A model generated the notes under the pieces. It was not told the DNA's origin and searched no databases. It saw only the letters and a list, made by a program, of their open reading frames with translations. Made by a program: the position numbers and the translations under genes. This document shows, piece by piece, positions 26,400-38,356 of a DNA stretch of 64,000 nucleotides; the stretch's first letter is position 1, and each line of letters starts with the position of its first letter. Source of the stretch: Eimeria praecox (taxonomy: Eukaryota); NCBI GenBank assembly GCA_963920595.1, contig OY986946.1:6200001-6264000 (forward strand), given 5' to 3'.

Positions 26400-29150
26400 A
26401 AAGGAGGGGCCAACGTTGGGACCCGTGGTATCAGTGGGACGGCAAGGCGTGTTTTCCGTCCATTGGTAACTTCCCATGAATAGGCAAGAAAAGCACTGAT
26501 GATGACCGGTGTATCCTTAGGTCACTATAGGCAAGGAGACACCTCAAAGCCTGCGCGGCTCATGAAGCAAGCTTGTCTTTGGTAGTAAGGTTCAAGGTAG
26601 ATGAGAAATTGAAGCTCAATTGTAGCACGCTTGTCTTTCTCAATAGTCAGGCCTTGTGTTTGAGGGCATCGAGTGATTTTGCCTCCAATGGATTTTGCTC
26701 AGGGAAGGTGCAAATACCATTTTAGTACGACGCTTTAATTTGCGTTTGGCCTTGACATGGTGGAGTACCCTCACATAACTGCGTTGCGTAGCTATAATGC
26801 CGCCACTCTAAAGGGTAAACACGATGAAGTGTGCTTTTAGGCAGCAGAGTAGAACTGCGCGTTCACGTCCCGTCGGGTGATGCATTGTGCTAAGGGAAGC
26901 TGGATACACTAGGGAGGTTGGTAGGAATATAAATGTCATACATTGCACGAATTCATTGCTTAAACCGAGCAGATTATGGTTGGAAGCTTTACTTTCATGT
27001 GACAAACAAGGGGACACCCGGCACAAGGAAATTCTTTATGCCTGAGCCGCCTTAATCAGATGGAAAGGTTGCCGGCAGGATTCTGAAGAAGAAACAAAGG
27101 AAGAGAGGCGAAGGAGTCCCCATTAGATGGGGTGCTAAGAGGGACTCGCCCACAGTGGATGTGCCGTTTCGAAGAGTTGCTTGTCAGGCTGAATTATCAC
27201 ACTAGTAGCTCTTAAAAGGCTTTCCGGTTCCTTAACCGGTTGCCGCTTATCTGCATTGGTGTATGCACGGACGGATGCTGGAAGTAGTACACTTAGATAG
27301 GCACCAGGTTTCATCTTAGAAGATCCAAGCTTCCTTCCGAAGGAGGAAGGTGGTTTTGGCCCAGGCTTTGCCGGGAACTCCGAAACGCTAGGCCCCTCCT
27401 GGTGCAGAGAGAGGCAAGCAAGAGAATGATGAATGGTTGTTGTTCTTGCTACCACCCAGTCAAACGTTTGGAAACTGCATGCTTGCAGCTCTTGGTCCAA
27501 GGGGATGCATCGAGCCAAAGAATACCAACCTGCTTAAAGAATACTCTGTAGGAGTAACGCATTAGGAGGATAAGCAGTGACACTTTAGACAAGAGCACAT
27601 ACTAGTTGTACTAGTTGAACAATCCCGCTTATACCAGCCTCTTGTCCTTCCATTCCAGCCAGGTGCATCTGCCAAGCTGGGGTGGAAGTGCAAGATGCTG
27701 CTAGGCGCATCTGCCTGGCTGCCTCCGCTACTAGATTTCAGTGGATAAGGGCTTCATTCGAGCAGTTCCCAAGGGCCCAGATTTCAAGGGTGCTGGTGTG
27801 AAAGCCGAGTGAAGCTGTTCTCCTTTTTGCCGAGCTGGATGCTCTTTAAGTTCAGTGCCAGAAACGACTTCACCATTATGGCATCTCATATGCATTCCAG
27901 GCCTTGCAAAAAACGCAAGGCTCTCTCCAACAAATTTGTTGTTTATGTGCTGCTTCTTTGTTAGGAAGGCAAAACCAGCTAGCAACAATGCAAAAATCCT
28001 GGGGACTTGAATTCCCTTCACACGCTGTACAGGCAATGCGTGCCCGCTGGTACCTATCGACGAAAGCCGGGAGGAAGATCCGGTCACAGACTTGCTGTAG
28101 CACATCAACTGAAAGCAAAGGTTGTGCCTCATTGGGCAGCAAAGGTGAGCCAGTTCCCCAGTTCCGCATGCAACCGGGTGCCTGGAGGAACTTGACATGG
28201 TCTCGTCTTGGGCCATGATCTGTGGAACCGCAAGTGGTACACGCTGTAACTAGCATAAGGTCATGCCGAGAACGCAAAACCTTCAGGTGTATCTGCGTCC
28301 AAATACCCCTTTTAGAGCTGTCACAAGGCGTCTCTATGCCTCTACCAACATATCTGCTTTCTACAGCCTCACCTGAATGGCAGATTCGGCTTCACGACTA
28401 GTATGCTTTACCAACGGAGTGTCCGAGGCAGTCTTGAATGTCCCACTCACGTCCTGAAGTGTTGTCTTCAAGCCAACTACCAGGCTTGCCCTTCCATATT
28501 TACATTCAGAGGGGGTCGCGTTCGTCACAGGAGCCTGAGAAGCCGTGTAAAATGCAGCACATATCCCCTCCTCACGTGTCTCTAGAAGTTCTAAGTGATT
28601 AGCACGTTCGTCGTCAAACTCATTGCTTCTAACAGGAATGCCAGTCACTGAAACCTCGCCTAGCCGCTTGGCTTCCGTCTCCACAATTTTTACTTTTTTG
28701 ACCCTGGTTTTGAGCTCAGTATTACCTACTGAACAAGTTGCGGGTTCTTCGGGTAGCATCGTGCGTTGCAAATCCGTAGTTAACTGTTCCTGCGGAAGGA
28801 AATTCTTTAGATCTACGGGGCACAGACTCCATGGGAACCAAAATTGATTTGAGTGGTGGAACCACTGGACCCCGTATTGCAGAAGAAGAACGAGCCAAAC
28901 CAGCGATGCCAACGAAAGAGACAAAACGGCCCCTTAAGACGGCTATACGACTCCGCGAGTACTGATTAATGGATGCTTAGAAGCCTCCCGCCAGCGTGTT
29001 GTGGGCATCGCTAATCTCTGCAGCTCTTGTCCTTTATGCTGAGACTTTCGCCACCAGGACGAGAGTTGTCTGGGACGCCTTCGCCCTATCATTTGGGCCA
29101 GGGTTGCATTTTCCAAGAAAGCTAACAACTGTGGCTCACTTTGGAACATC
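26400..29150 (-). mobile_element. Degenerate Ty3/gypsy LTR-retrotransposon pol remnant (frameshifted, with stops)
   Basis: Motif fragments in gypsy order on the minus strand. Protease-like LLLQYGVQWFHHSN (~28880); weak RT-like PQIMAQD...FQLM (~28100-28225); RNase H-like IPLDQELQA...TIHHSLACL (~27410-27510); integrase-like HESKASNHNLLGL...LKAHFI (~26820-27000) and CPQTQGLTIEK resembling HPQTDGQTER (~26635-26670). No intact YxDD, LTRs or PBS seen. Confidence 0.6.
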
Positions 29151-29479
29151 AGCCGGTTGGCCCGTCAATGCTGATCAAAGCACTCAGACAAAATGCTTTC
29201 CTCAGCTTCTGCACGCCTGCGCTTAGTGTTTTATTCGTTTGGTGTATAAAATAGCCTGATAGAACCGTTACCCACTCAAAATCAAATGTGAACACACGCA
29301 GCGGACAATTTTTGCCTAACACTGAATACAAGCGCTCGAATATTCCCGGTATGCAGGCAGTGGCTCTGACGGTGTGCCGTCAGAGACACTGTCTGCATGA
29401 TGCTTGGCGAGGAGGCGGCGCAAGAGCCCCCCCAAGCCCTCGGCGGTCCTGCGTTGAGCCAACGTTCGGTTCAACGCTA

Positions 29480-29539
29480 TTATGTAGCTCGAAGGTTCCT
29501 GTGCTTTGGTGGAAGCACAGGAACCTTCGAGCTACATAA
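29480..29539. repeat. Perfect inverted repeat: 27-bp stem, 6-nt loop
   Basis: TTATGTAGCTCGAAGGTTCCTGTGCTT-tggtgg-AAGCACAGGAACCTTCGAGCTACATAA read directly. A second, smaller hairpin lies at 29451-29477. Confidence 0.95.
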
Positions 29540-30013
29540 AACGACTGAGACCAAATCTGGCGATGAATTCTCCTTGCCGCAGCAGGTCTACGCATCATTT
29601 GCTCCCCGGCTGTGGAAGTGCCACCAATGAGGCTGCGTATGAACGTACTGCTCCCTACGCTGTATGTGCTGGCTGATTAATGCCCCACAATCTAACAAGA
29701 TGACTCATTGCTGTGTTTGTGTGCTTAGTAATAGTGGGCCTTGAGTTGATGTGCGCGTGATGGTGCTGGCGTTGGCGTTCTTCAAGGATGAATGCACGCT
29801 GCAGTTGCTATCTTTGTAGTATTTGCGAACATTTTAAAGCCCAGTAAGAGTATTAATGATTCACTACTGAGTGCCTAGTGCTACCTTATCCTTGTATGAG
29901 ATTGGTAACATACATTAGTACTTGCGTGCAGTTTGCCTAGTGAAGAACAACAAGGTGTTGAACAGCTGTTCACAGTGTTCGTGCATGAATCAAAATGGGG
30001 GCTCAATATGTGT

Positions 30014-32007
30014 GCATGTGGGTTTGCCTTGCAACGCCACTTGCAACAAGGTGCGCTGCAACTCAAAAGGGGCCACATACCCTCTGCATCAGCCCGAGCT
30101 CTGTAGCATGGTCTGCCTGAAGCTGGTATGTGCACTTCTACTTGCAGGCAGGCTGGTTATCGAGGGCCAAGCTAGGGTTTAACAATTACCTACAGTGCAA
30201 ATGCATGCACTAAAAGGGGACTTTGGTATACTCGCAGGTGGAGCTGCCTTGCAGCAGCAGTTGCAGCAAGGGGCATAACAATTCATGACAGGCTGCCTCC
30301 TCCCCTCAGCAGCCATGAAGCATGCTGTGTCTGAAGTTGGAGGATGCATTTGTACGTGCGTGGAGGCTGCCCAGTGAGGGCCTAGTGAGGGTTCAACAGC
30401 ATTCTACATCGTTAGTGCATACGGAAGAAGGGACTTCGCTGGGATTGCATCAGGGGTTGCCTTGCAGCACTAGTTGCAGCAAGATGCACTGCAACTTAAG
30501 ATGGGTCGTATCCTCTTCTCACTAGCCCCAGGACCTTGGGCCACAGTCGCCTGGGCACTGGAATCTAGGGCAACTGCTTTTTGGAACTCTAAGTATAGGC
30601 GTTTGGCTCCATTGGGGCTCGTAGAGGTCTTCAGGCAAGAACGAGAATCCTCCTTACAGACACAGTGCTGCAACTCCTGGTGCACAATAAATCCACATGC
30701 AGGGCCCCTTTTACTCGTGCGCTAATGCTGTAGGCAGTAGCTGATCACTAATGTGGCCCTAAGCAGCAAACTTGCCCGCAAGCAAAAGTGCACTAAAGCG
30801 GGGGATCTCGATCCTAGATGGGAATCGTCAAAGACTTCCATGGAGTCAAAGACTCAAGAAAAGATTTAACGAAAAGCAGCCGGCCTCCCCAGTCCCCAAG
30901 CTTCCTAACGGCAGCGCCCCAAGGGCATGGTGTTGGTACAGGGAGGAAGCAGCATCTCGTGAGCTGCAACGCACTCTGCTGGAACAAAAAATGCCAAGCA
31001 ACCTTGGTGCAACTAATTCTGCCAGACAAACCCACCCACCAAGCGCAATCAAACACCACTTTATGCATGCGCAAAACCAGTAGATAATTGTTAAGCACTA
31101 TGCAGCAAGAGTATTCGGCCATAGCCGAGGCCGTCACGAGCTGCAGTGGACTCAAAGCGTTAAATAAAGAACTCGCAAAAAGCAGCTGCCCTTCCCGCCT
31201 ACAGGCACCCTGGATGCAGCTGCACAACAAGCTGAGCTGGCGGGGACACTGCAGACCTTTCATAGGCTGCAACGCAACTTACTGCAACGGGTGCAGCAAG
31301 GCATTCACATATGCACGAACTGCCAGTGTCCCTTCGCTGCATGCGCATGCATTGCCGACTGCAGTTTAGACGGCCTTCAAACACTTGTATCCATCCATAG
31401 AGAGCCTGCGTAAGTATCGATCAAATACCAATATCACGCAGAGCATGCTTGTATAGAGTTTGTATTCGTATCTCTACTTAGTCGCAGGCCGACTATGGAA
31501 GGCCGAGCAAATGTTTAGCGACTGTCTACTTTGCGGTCAACAAGGCTAGTGCATGCAGCAAAGTAAGTAGTTGTGCTTGCATGTGGGGCTGCCTTGCAGC
31601 ACTAGCTGTAATAAGGTGTCTTTTAGCCCATGACGAGCTTGCCGTGCCCCTAGCTTACGCCGCTGTGCGCAGGAAGCCTCGATGCTGCAGGGGAGGTCAG
31701 ATACCTTTGGGGAATTCTTTTCTCTAAGTCTGTGAAATTACTGCTGCACGCGACAGGCACCAGCCAAGGTCGTTAAAGCCTGTGTTACAGCTGCCCTCGA
31801 CCATAGCTGACGACCTTCGGCTGCTGCTGTAGAGTCAAAGACTTAGAGAAACAAGTTTCCCAGAAGCAGCTAGCCTCCCCTTCAGTATCTTGTCACTCTT
31901 AGCACAGCTTCCCAATGACCTGGATCCGGTGGAGGCACGGGCCGTGTTTTCAGGCGCTGCAACACACCTTGCTGTCGCTAGTGAGTGTTGCCAGGCAGCC
32001 CCACATG
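30014..32007. repeat. Dispersed ~50-bp quasi-palindromic repeat family (about 7 copies, both orientations)
   Basis: Consensus approximately GCATGTGGGGCTGCCTTGCAGCACTAGTTGCAGCAAGGTGCRYTGCARCT. Plus-strand copies at ~30014, 30234, 30447 and 31579; minus-strand copies at ~30961-31010, 31265-31314 and 31956-32007. Confidence 0.75.
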
Positions 32008-32865
32008 TACGCACAGCAAATACCGCTTTGCCGCATGAGCTAGCATTGCAGAATGTCGTGTAGATTGTCTTTAAGTACTTACTTGATCCTGCACAGTGAA
32101 CCTGCGAACAAGTGGAGTTGCTAACACCATCATCATGCAGGGCATGCTCACAGATTATGTTACGATACACCCTTCTACATATGCTGCAGAAGAGTGGCAC
32201 GATTAACTAGCGCAGTGGATCGCTAGCCCAGTCGAATAATACTTCAAGAGGTAGCATGAAATCAGCTTAGATTCCCACTGCTTTGAGTGGGGATATGCAG
32301 TTAACTTTCCGGCGAGAAGCCGGGGCAACAGCAGAGCGGCCTGTGCCACGCTGCAAAAGGACCTTTTGAAAGGCTGAAGCAAACTCCCTTAACAATCACA
32401 ACTGGAAACTCTTGCGAATAAGTTAATTCGCCTTTGTGAAGCAATGCCACTAGCTATGCCTACGGTGAGGCGGCACAAGGCTCAGCTGCTCCCACGTCAA
32501 CTCCACATTAGGGACACGTTATAACGACCCCTGAATCCTCAATAAAAACATGGATAAACATCAACATTATGTCACTTTAGCTATTTGTGGTTCTTTAAGG
32601 TACAAGATAGAGATTGTTTGTGCAAGCGTCTTCCCGCGTCATGCACGGAGTCTCTATCGAACATTGCCGCCTGCCACTCATTGGCCCTGCGCATAACCCT
32701 GTTCTTGTTAGCAGGGTAGAGCGATCTTGCTTCTGTATTTACTCGCCATTATACTAGACTTTCTTGCTTTTCTGCGTGAGCTCTGGGAGATTTATATTGC
32801 CAGGCACTACAGATGAGGAGGCATGGGGGGCTGCCTTGTAAAAGCAGTTTTCAATCTAATGGAAA

Positions 32866-34389
32866 ATGCGGCAAGAGCCTTCCGATGATTCTCCTCTATT
32901 GCTGGGTTCCTCGGTTACAGGTCAAGATGCAGCCAAATCCACTGCATGTGAAGAGGAGGCACAACATGAGATCGAGCAGCAAACGGGTCATCCGTCGGCT
33001 TTCTCCGAAAGGGTGGATGATGCTGTAGCACTCCCCAGGGCTTCTAAGAAGAAGGTACCTATATTTCTTGTTGTGGCATTACTGGCATTTATTGCGGCTA
33101 GCGCACTCGGGGGATATATTGTGAATGCCAAGCTTGGAGAACGGACTTCACCTCCTGTTAGAACATCTACACCTCCGACAAAGCCCGTTAACGAATTCCC
33201 AACTCAAGAAACTCCATACCCCCCGGCCTCAGAACCCACAAGAGCCCCTGTGCCGCCTGATATCCCATCAGAGACTCAGCACGCCAGATCTGTTGAAGAT
33301 TTCACACACCCGCCACTCTCCCCCCCAGAAACTCGTGAGGCCAGAATGAAACAACCACCCCAGAAAGCCACGCAGAAAGGTCTGGCTGAAGCTTCAGCGG
33401 ACGATGGATACGAGCGGATGGATGATACTTTATCCGGTGAAGATCAGGACATTCTTTCGCATGGTGAGGCTGCTACTGAAGACTATGCTCTAGAGGAAGG
33501 AGAAGATTTGTCTACTGAGTCCCGTGAAGAGTTGCTGGAGGCGGTGAACTCTCTAGATTCAGCATTTCAAAAGTTTGAAGCGGCGTGGAAGTCGAGTTCA
33601 GAAGTCGTGCAGGCAGCATTTATAACCAATTATATGGCTAACTCTTCAAAGGAGGTGCCCTCGGATCCCATAGCTTGCTTTCAGCGGCACATGACCGTAG
33701 CCAAGGCGGATGTGCGGTCTGGAAATGTCTCTGGAAGAGCACACGAAGACGTGCTGATAGATTTACGGCTGATACGGACGGTTCTGGAGGCAGCTTCAAG
33801 CCGCATTGAGCTGCTACGCGAGCTTGAAAAGCTGTGTGATAGTTCGGGGATCGGCTCAGATCTGCTTGGCAAGAAAGCGGCGCCTCTGCCTTCAGCACGT
33901 GTCCTTGAGAAGGACCGGCGCCGAGCTACCTTTGACGACTTTATGGCGATGCTTGGAGGGTTCAAGATTCGTGTCAGTGCGGAAGCCCTAGAGACAGCAG
34001 GGACGGTCCCCATGGTTCTGGCAGAACGACTGGCTGCTTCGGTCAAATTGGAAACAGCACAGTTGGAAAATGATCGATTAGTGCACTCTAGCTTCCAAAG
34101 ATTTGCCCTGTCGTTGCCACCGGGCCAAGAGAGCATCGTGCACGGGCGAACGATATTGGGTGTTACACCGCTCTTGGATGCCCTTGGCAGGGCTATCGTT
34201 GAAAGAGAGTCAAATACCCTGGACGGAGAAGCAATTGGCGCTTGGGTTGCTGACTGGAATGCTGAAGGCATCCGTGACCGCATAGCTCTCAACGAAGAGG
34301 ATATTATGTACGTCCTTCGGATGCGGACAAAATTCTACACAACAGCCCCACCAGATGACCTATTTGCCGCTATTATTGCACTCATATAG
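32866..34389 (+). CDS. Hypothetical single-pass membrane protein, 507 aa, apparently intronless
   Basis: Uninterrupted ATG-to-TAG ORF. KKK is followed by hydrophobic VPIFLVVALLAFIAASALGGYIV, a Pro/Thr-rich linker, an acidic patch and a helical-looking C-terminal domain. Family not recognised. Confidence 0.8.
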   Translation: MRQEPSDDSPLLLGSSVTGQDAAKSTACEEEAQHEIEQQTGHPSAFSERVDDAVALPRASKKKVPIFLVVALLAFIAASALGGYIVNAKLGERTSPPVRTSTPPTKPVNEFPTQETPYPPASEPTRAPVPPDIPSETQHARSVEDFTHPPLSPPETREARMKQPPQKATQKGLAEASADDGYERMDDTLSGEDQDILSHGEAATEDYALEEGEDLSTESREELLEAVNSLDSAFQKFEAAWKSSSEVVQAAFITNYMANSSKEVPSDPIACFQRHMTVAKADVRSGNVSGRAHEDVLIDLRLIRTVLEAASSRIELLRELEKLCDSSGIGSDLLGKKAAPLPSARVLEKDRRRATFDDFMAMLGGFKIRVSAEALETAGTVPMVLAERLAASVKLETAQLENDRLVHSSFQRFALSLPPGQESIVHGRTILGVTPLLDALGRAIVERESNTLDGEAIGAWVADWNAEGIRDRIALNEEDIMYVLRMRTKFYTTAPPDDLFAAIIALI

Positions 34390-34649
34390 CCCTGGCTTAC
34401 CTGCAAGTAACAAACATTATGCATGCAGGGACGTCGGGGCTGGTATTCTCAAGCTTGCTACCGGTGGTGTTCAGCTTACCTCTTCCGTCAGAGTCAGTAG
34501 TGTGCCCGTTAGATATCTCTTTATCGTGGGCGTTTAGGCGAGTCAGCCAGTCGTCCTCGGTGTCTAGCAAGTATCTGGCAGGGTCAACAAGTCAGCATTG
34601 CCTGCTGGGTGCTCACAGTCTCACAGTGGCCACCGTTTCTTAGAGGAGG

Positions 34650-35800
34650 CCCCGCCATGCTGTAGGTTTCGAGCTTCTAAGTCTCGGAACCTAAGATTAT
34701 TTCCTGGTGTAACGGGAGTATCCCCGCGGCCGTTGCGAGTCCTATCCTCCCCAACCCGCAGGTGGTCAGAATCTTACCATCGAGCTGAGCCAACCTGTAC
34801 CCATGATCAGGGAGCATATCAAGGAGAGAGCGGACGCTCCGTAACGTCCCCACGACGGTGCGGATGCCGTTATGCACAAGTTGACAGGTTGGGAGGGGAT
34901 GAGGTGGGCGTCAAGCGTGCTTGAGTTGGAGTTGGAGGGGATAGATGGGAAGACGAGAGGAATTGATCGATTTGCCGCTGAAGGCTGTTCCGCAAGCTTC
35001 GTCGGAACTGCTTTCGGCTTGTTAGTAGCTTTGCAGGTCTATTCCAGACTGCAGACACCCTACTCTTTTTGTGGTAGAACGCCTGGTATAGTCCGTCGTT
35101 GCTCTCCAGAGAGGCTAGGCTTTGAACATTTTGCCTTCTATCCTCTGGTTGACTGATGATGCTGGAGATTCGTCTTTCCTTTGTGCACATCCTCTTACCC
35201 ACAACGTGAAACACTTCGGTAGTGAGTTCTTGCATTTCTTATCTGTTCTCTTGAGGCGGCAGTCCTTTGTAATTTGTGTGGGCTACCGCGTAAGTCATTG
35301 GAGGTAACACAAGCAATGATAGCCATGCGTCAGCCGTGGTGTATGCTCCATCAGTACAACAACTGGAGGCCCTCTGTCTCTCCAGCCGCGGCTTGCGGAA
35401 ACTCGGGTGTCTATTTTATATGCTGTTACCATTGTGTCTCTGTTCGACGGATGCATCAACCCCCTTAGGCTCAACCGTTATGTTTGTGCTTTGTTCATTG
35501 GTACTATATGTGGGGGCAAATAATACCCAGAAGTAGCTGCAGTATCCCCAGCCTAAGGCATCCTAGTGCTAACCGCGCAGAGAGAGACGCAAAAAGAAAC
35601 TGTTAGTTAAGGAAATCAGGGTCCTCTGAGAAGGAAGTAGGGAAGTATAGTTTATTCTCTGGCTGGTGAGATCAGTTTTGGAAGCACATACTCTAGAACG
35701 TTTACTAGTGGAGTATCCCTTGGGCATCCGTAGCAAGGACATCATACACTTCCTCCAGCAGGATCCCGGCACGATGGGATGCTGGACGAGAATCAGTTCT
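34650..35800 (-). mobile_element. Second degenerate gypsy-type integrase remnant
   Basis: RVCASKTDLTSQRINYTSLLPSQRTLISLTNSFFLRL (35569-35772) resembles the Cx2C-K...LLxPL..P...ISxDFI..LP segment. ELTTEVFHVVGKRMCTKERRISS...QPEDRRQNVQSLASLE (34870-35235) resembles the FTSxFW...SSxxHPQTDGQTERxN segment. IILGSET*KLE near 34680 resembles the C-terminal GxxxYxLxL motif. Highly decayed. Confidence 0.45.
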
Positions 35801-37037
35801 GTAGTGAATCAGAGCGAACCAGAGAGTAGCAAAGGGAAGCGTCTGATCTGCCCTGCGTCTGCGTAAACGTGGAGCACAGCAAAGGAGCTCCTCAGGTACA
35901 ATAGGGTATAACTACGTAGCTGGTATTTTTTTGCATCAATCATGAGGGAATTGCGTACGACCGCACGGAGGGAATCGGCGGAACAGGCACACAGTAGACC
36001 TTACGCTGCTGTGGATACCATTGCATCTGGGACCTGGTACCAACCCCAGTTAAGGACAGTGCATGTAGCCTGAATCATACTTCGCCTTCTCTATCAATTC
36101 GCTTCATTCCTTCCAGTAGCAACTGCGTGTCCCTAGAGGACAGGTAGTGGCTAGTGTTCGCACTAGCCGTTTTTACTTGATCGATATTTAGTTCACGGCA
36201 GATGCTGCATCAGAACTAGTGATCTGAAAACTTTCAAAAGCCTCAAACTGTATTTACCAGCTATTAGTGAATGCTGTCGCTGCTGCTGCCCCCCCATATT
36301 GGTGATTTTGCATGCCCGAAACCACAACAACAACGGGGGGGCCTCAGTGACCACAAGGCCTGCGGGCACGAGGTGTACGGCACGAAGCCCTATCGGTTTT
36401 TAGACGGATTGAGGGTAAACAATTCGTGTAAATCAGGGTATTTTGCTTACTCGGGGGTTTGGTGAATAGTAGGCCTTCTGCTGTGTGGAAGCAGCGGTAG
36501 CGTTTCCGCGGCGGACAGCTATACCAGCCAAACGGTGTTGCAGCAGCAGCATCCCATTATCTTCAGTCTTCCTGTGTTTCCAAACAGCTACTTCCTTCTC
36601 ACTGCACTCGTACACAATTTCCGTTGTTCGCCCTCTAGCATTACATTGGTGGGAAGCAGGGGCCTCGTTGGAGCAGTGAGGCTGCTGCCTCACGATTCGA
36701 AGCCCTGCGCATACGTGAGCGGATCTTCGACTTCGAGGCTCTGAAGGGCGGGCTTTCAGCTCATGCAGCTTACTAGTAGATGCGCTTAGACCTCCAGCTG
36801 AACTCCCGAGGCCCTTTTCCCCCGAATGGCCCAGTACTAGAGGCTGATCTGTTGGGCTCATTCAGGAATTCGATACTTCGGTTGCTCTAGAGCCCTTTAG
36901 GGGGTTCTCGGGCGTGCAGAGGCTTTAGCAAAGCCTTAGCAGCACCATAACCAGCAGACCCAAGACGACAAAACGACGTGAAACATGGTTGTTCGCACTC
37001 TGTCAGACCTCCGCAAGGAGGATGAGCAGCGCAGTCG

Positions 37038-37237
37038 NNNNNNNNNNNNNNNNNNNNNNNNNNNNNNNNNNNNNNNNNNNNNNNNNNNNNNNNNNNNNNN
37101 NNNNNNNNNNNNNNNNNNNNNNNNNNNNNNNNNNNNNNNNNNNNNNNNNNNNNNNNNNNNNNNNNNNNNNNNNNNNNNNNNNNNNNNNNNNNNNNNNNNN
37201 NNNNNNNNNNNNNNNNNNNNNNNNNNNNNNNNNNNNN
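37038..37237. other. Assembly gap (200 N)
   Basis: Run of exactly 200 N; probably a placeholder size. Confidence 0.99.
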
Positions 37238-37980
37238 GAATCGGTGTTTGCCTGTGGTGCTGCACTCATTTGCTGCTGCAGCAGTTCGAGAGAGGCTGCT
37301 TCGGCTTGTTTATAACGCAGCAGCTCCCGCAGGTAGCCTTCGGTCTCCAAGGCTTTTGCTGCAACTTCCTGCTGCGCCTTCTGCACAGCTAGCTGCTGTT
37401 GCTGCTGCTGCTGCACCAGCAGCAAGCACGTCCTCCGTGTTGCTGCTGCTTGGGCCTCCTTCTCTGACACTTCCTCTTCCTTCTCTCTCAACAGGCGTTG
37501 CTGCTGAAGGAGTTCGCGGTCTTTATCAGCGAGTGCCTGCTGCTGCTGCTGCACCTGCTGCTGCAGCAGCAGCAGCTCCGTTTCGAGGTGGCGTCGGTGT
37601 TTATCATATTGGCGTTGTGCTGCTACTGCTGCTGCCTGTATCGTCCTTACCTGCTGCTTTAGTGCTGCTGCATCTTGAGAGCTCTGCACTAACAAACGCT
37701 GGTCTGTCGATGGGGAGCCTGTCCCCGCAGCAGCACCTGCAGCAACTCCTTCTTGTGCTGCAGCAGCAGAGCGGACAGCTAGGATAGAAGCATGATTTGC
37801 TAGAAGGCGGCGATTCTCTTCGAGGGCTGCAGCGTGAGCTGTACAGACATCAGCAAACCACTCATGTTGCAGCAAGTGTTTAATTCTGGATCGTCTCAGA
37901 AAAACCTGACGCCAAAGGGGGACCCCTTCTGCTGCTGTGGCTGTTCCTGCTGCTTTTGTTTCTTTAGGAACATTGGATTC

Positions 37981-38013
<33 letters not shown>

Positions 38014-38017
38014 ACCC

Positions 38018-38048
<31 letters not shown>

Positions 38049-38133
38049 CACCCGCTGCTGTTGTTGCTGCTGCTGCTCCTGCACCCGCTGCTGTTGCACC
38101 TTCTAGATCGCCAGCGACTTGACGCATAGCCAT
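37238..38133 (-). CDS. Hypothetical coiled-coil protein (3' end runs into the gap)
   Basis: Open frame from ATG 38133 to the gap. Ala-rich N-terminus, then WRQVFLRRSRIKHLLQHEWFADVC and a long Q/E/L/A heptad-like region. A decayed paralogue at 39851-40598 shows the segment was duplicated. Confidence 0.6.
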
Positions 38134-38325
38134 CGCCACTGGAGTATCACGTGCTACTCACTACACGTCTACTGTCCTCTCTGCTTGAGGGGCCTCCATC
38201 TGCTGCTGCATGCATCACAAGTCTGTTGTGTAGCTATGGGCTGCTGCAGCTGTTGCAGGTCAAAGTCTACGGCTTTTAGTGCTGCTGCATCGGGGTGAGG
38301 ATACGTTTGCTGCTAGCAGTGACCT

Positions 38326-38356
<31 letters not shown>

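Noticed and set aside
25500..30000. LTR pair and tRNA-Lys primer-binding site for the retro-remnant
   Set aside because: I could not see a direct repeat pair or a TGGAGCCGACTAC-like PBS, so no link to the tRNA cluster is supported.
30014..32007. CRISPR-like array interpretation of the spaced palindromic repeats
   Set aside because: Copies are diverged and in mixed orientation, spacers are 150 bp or longer, there are no cas genes, and the context is eukaryotic.
36433..37037. ORFs left of or spanning the N gap as a continuation of the coiled-coil gene
   Set aside because: Frame across the gap is unknowable and there is no motif support.
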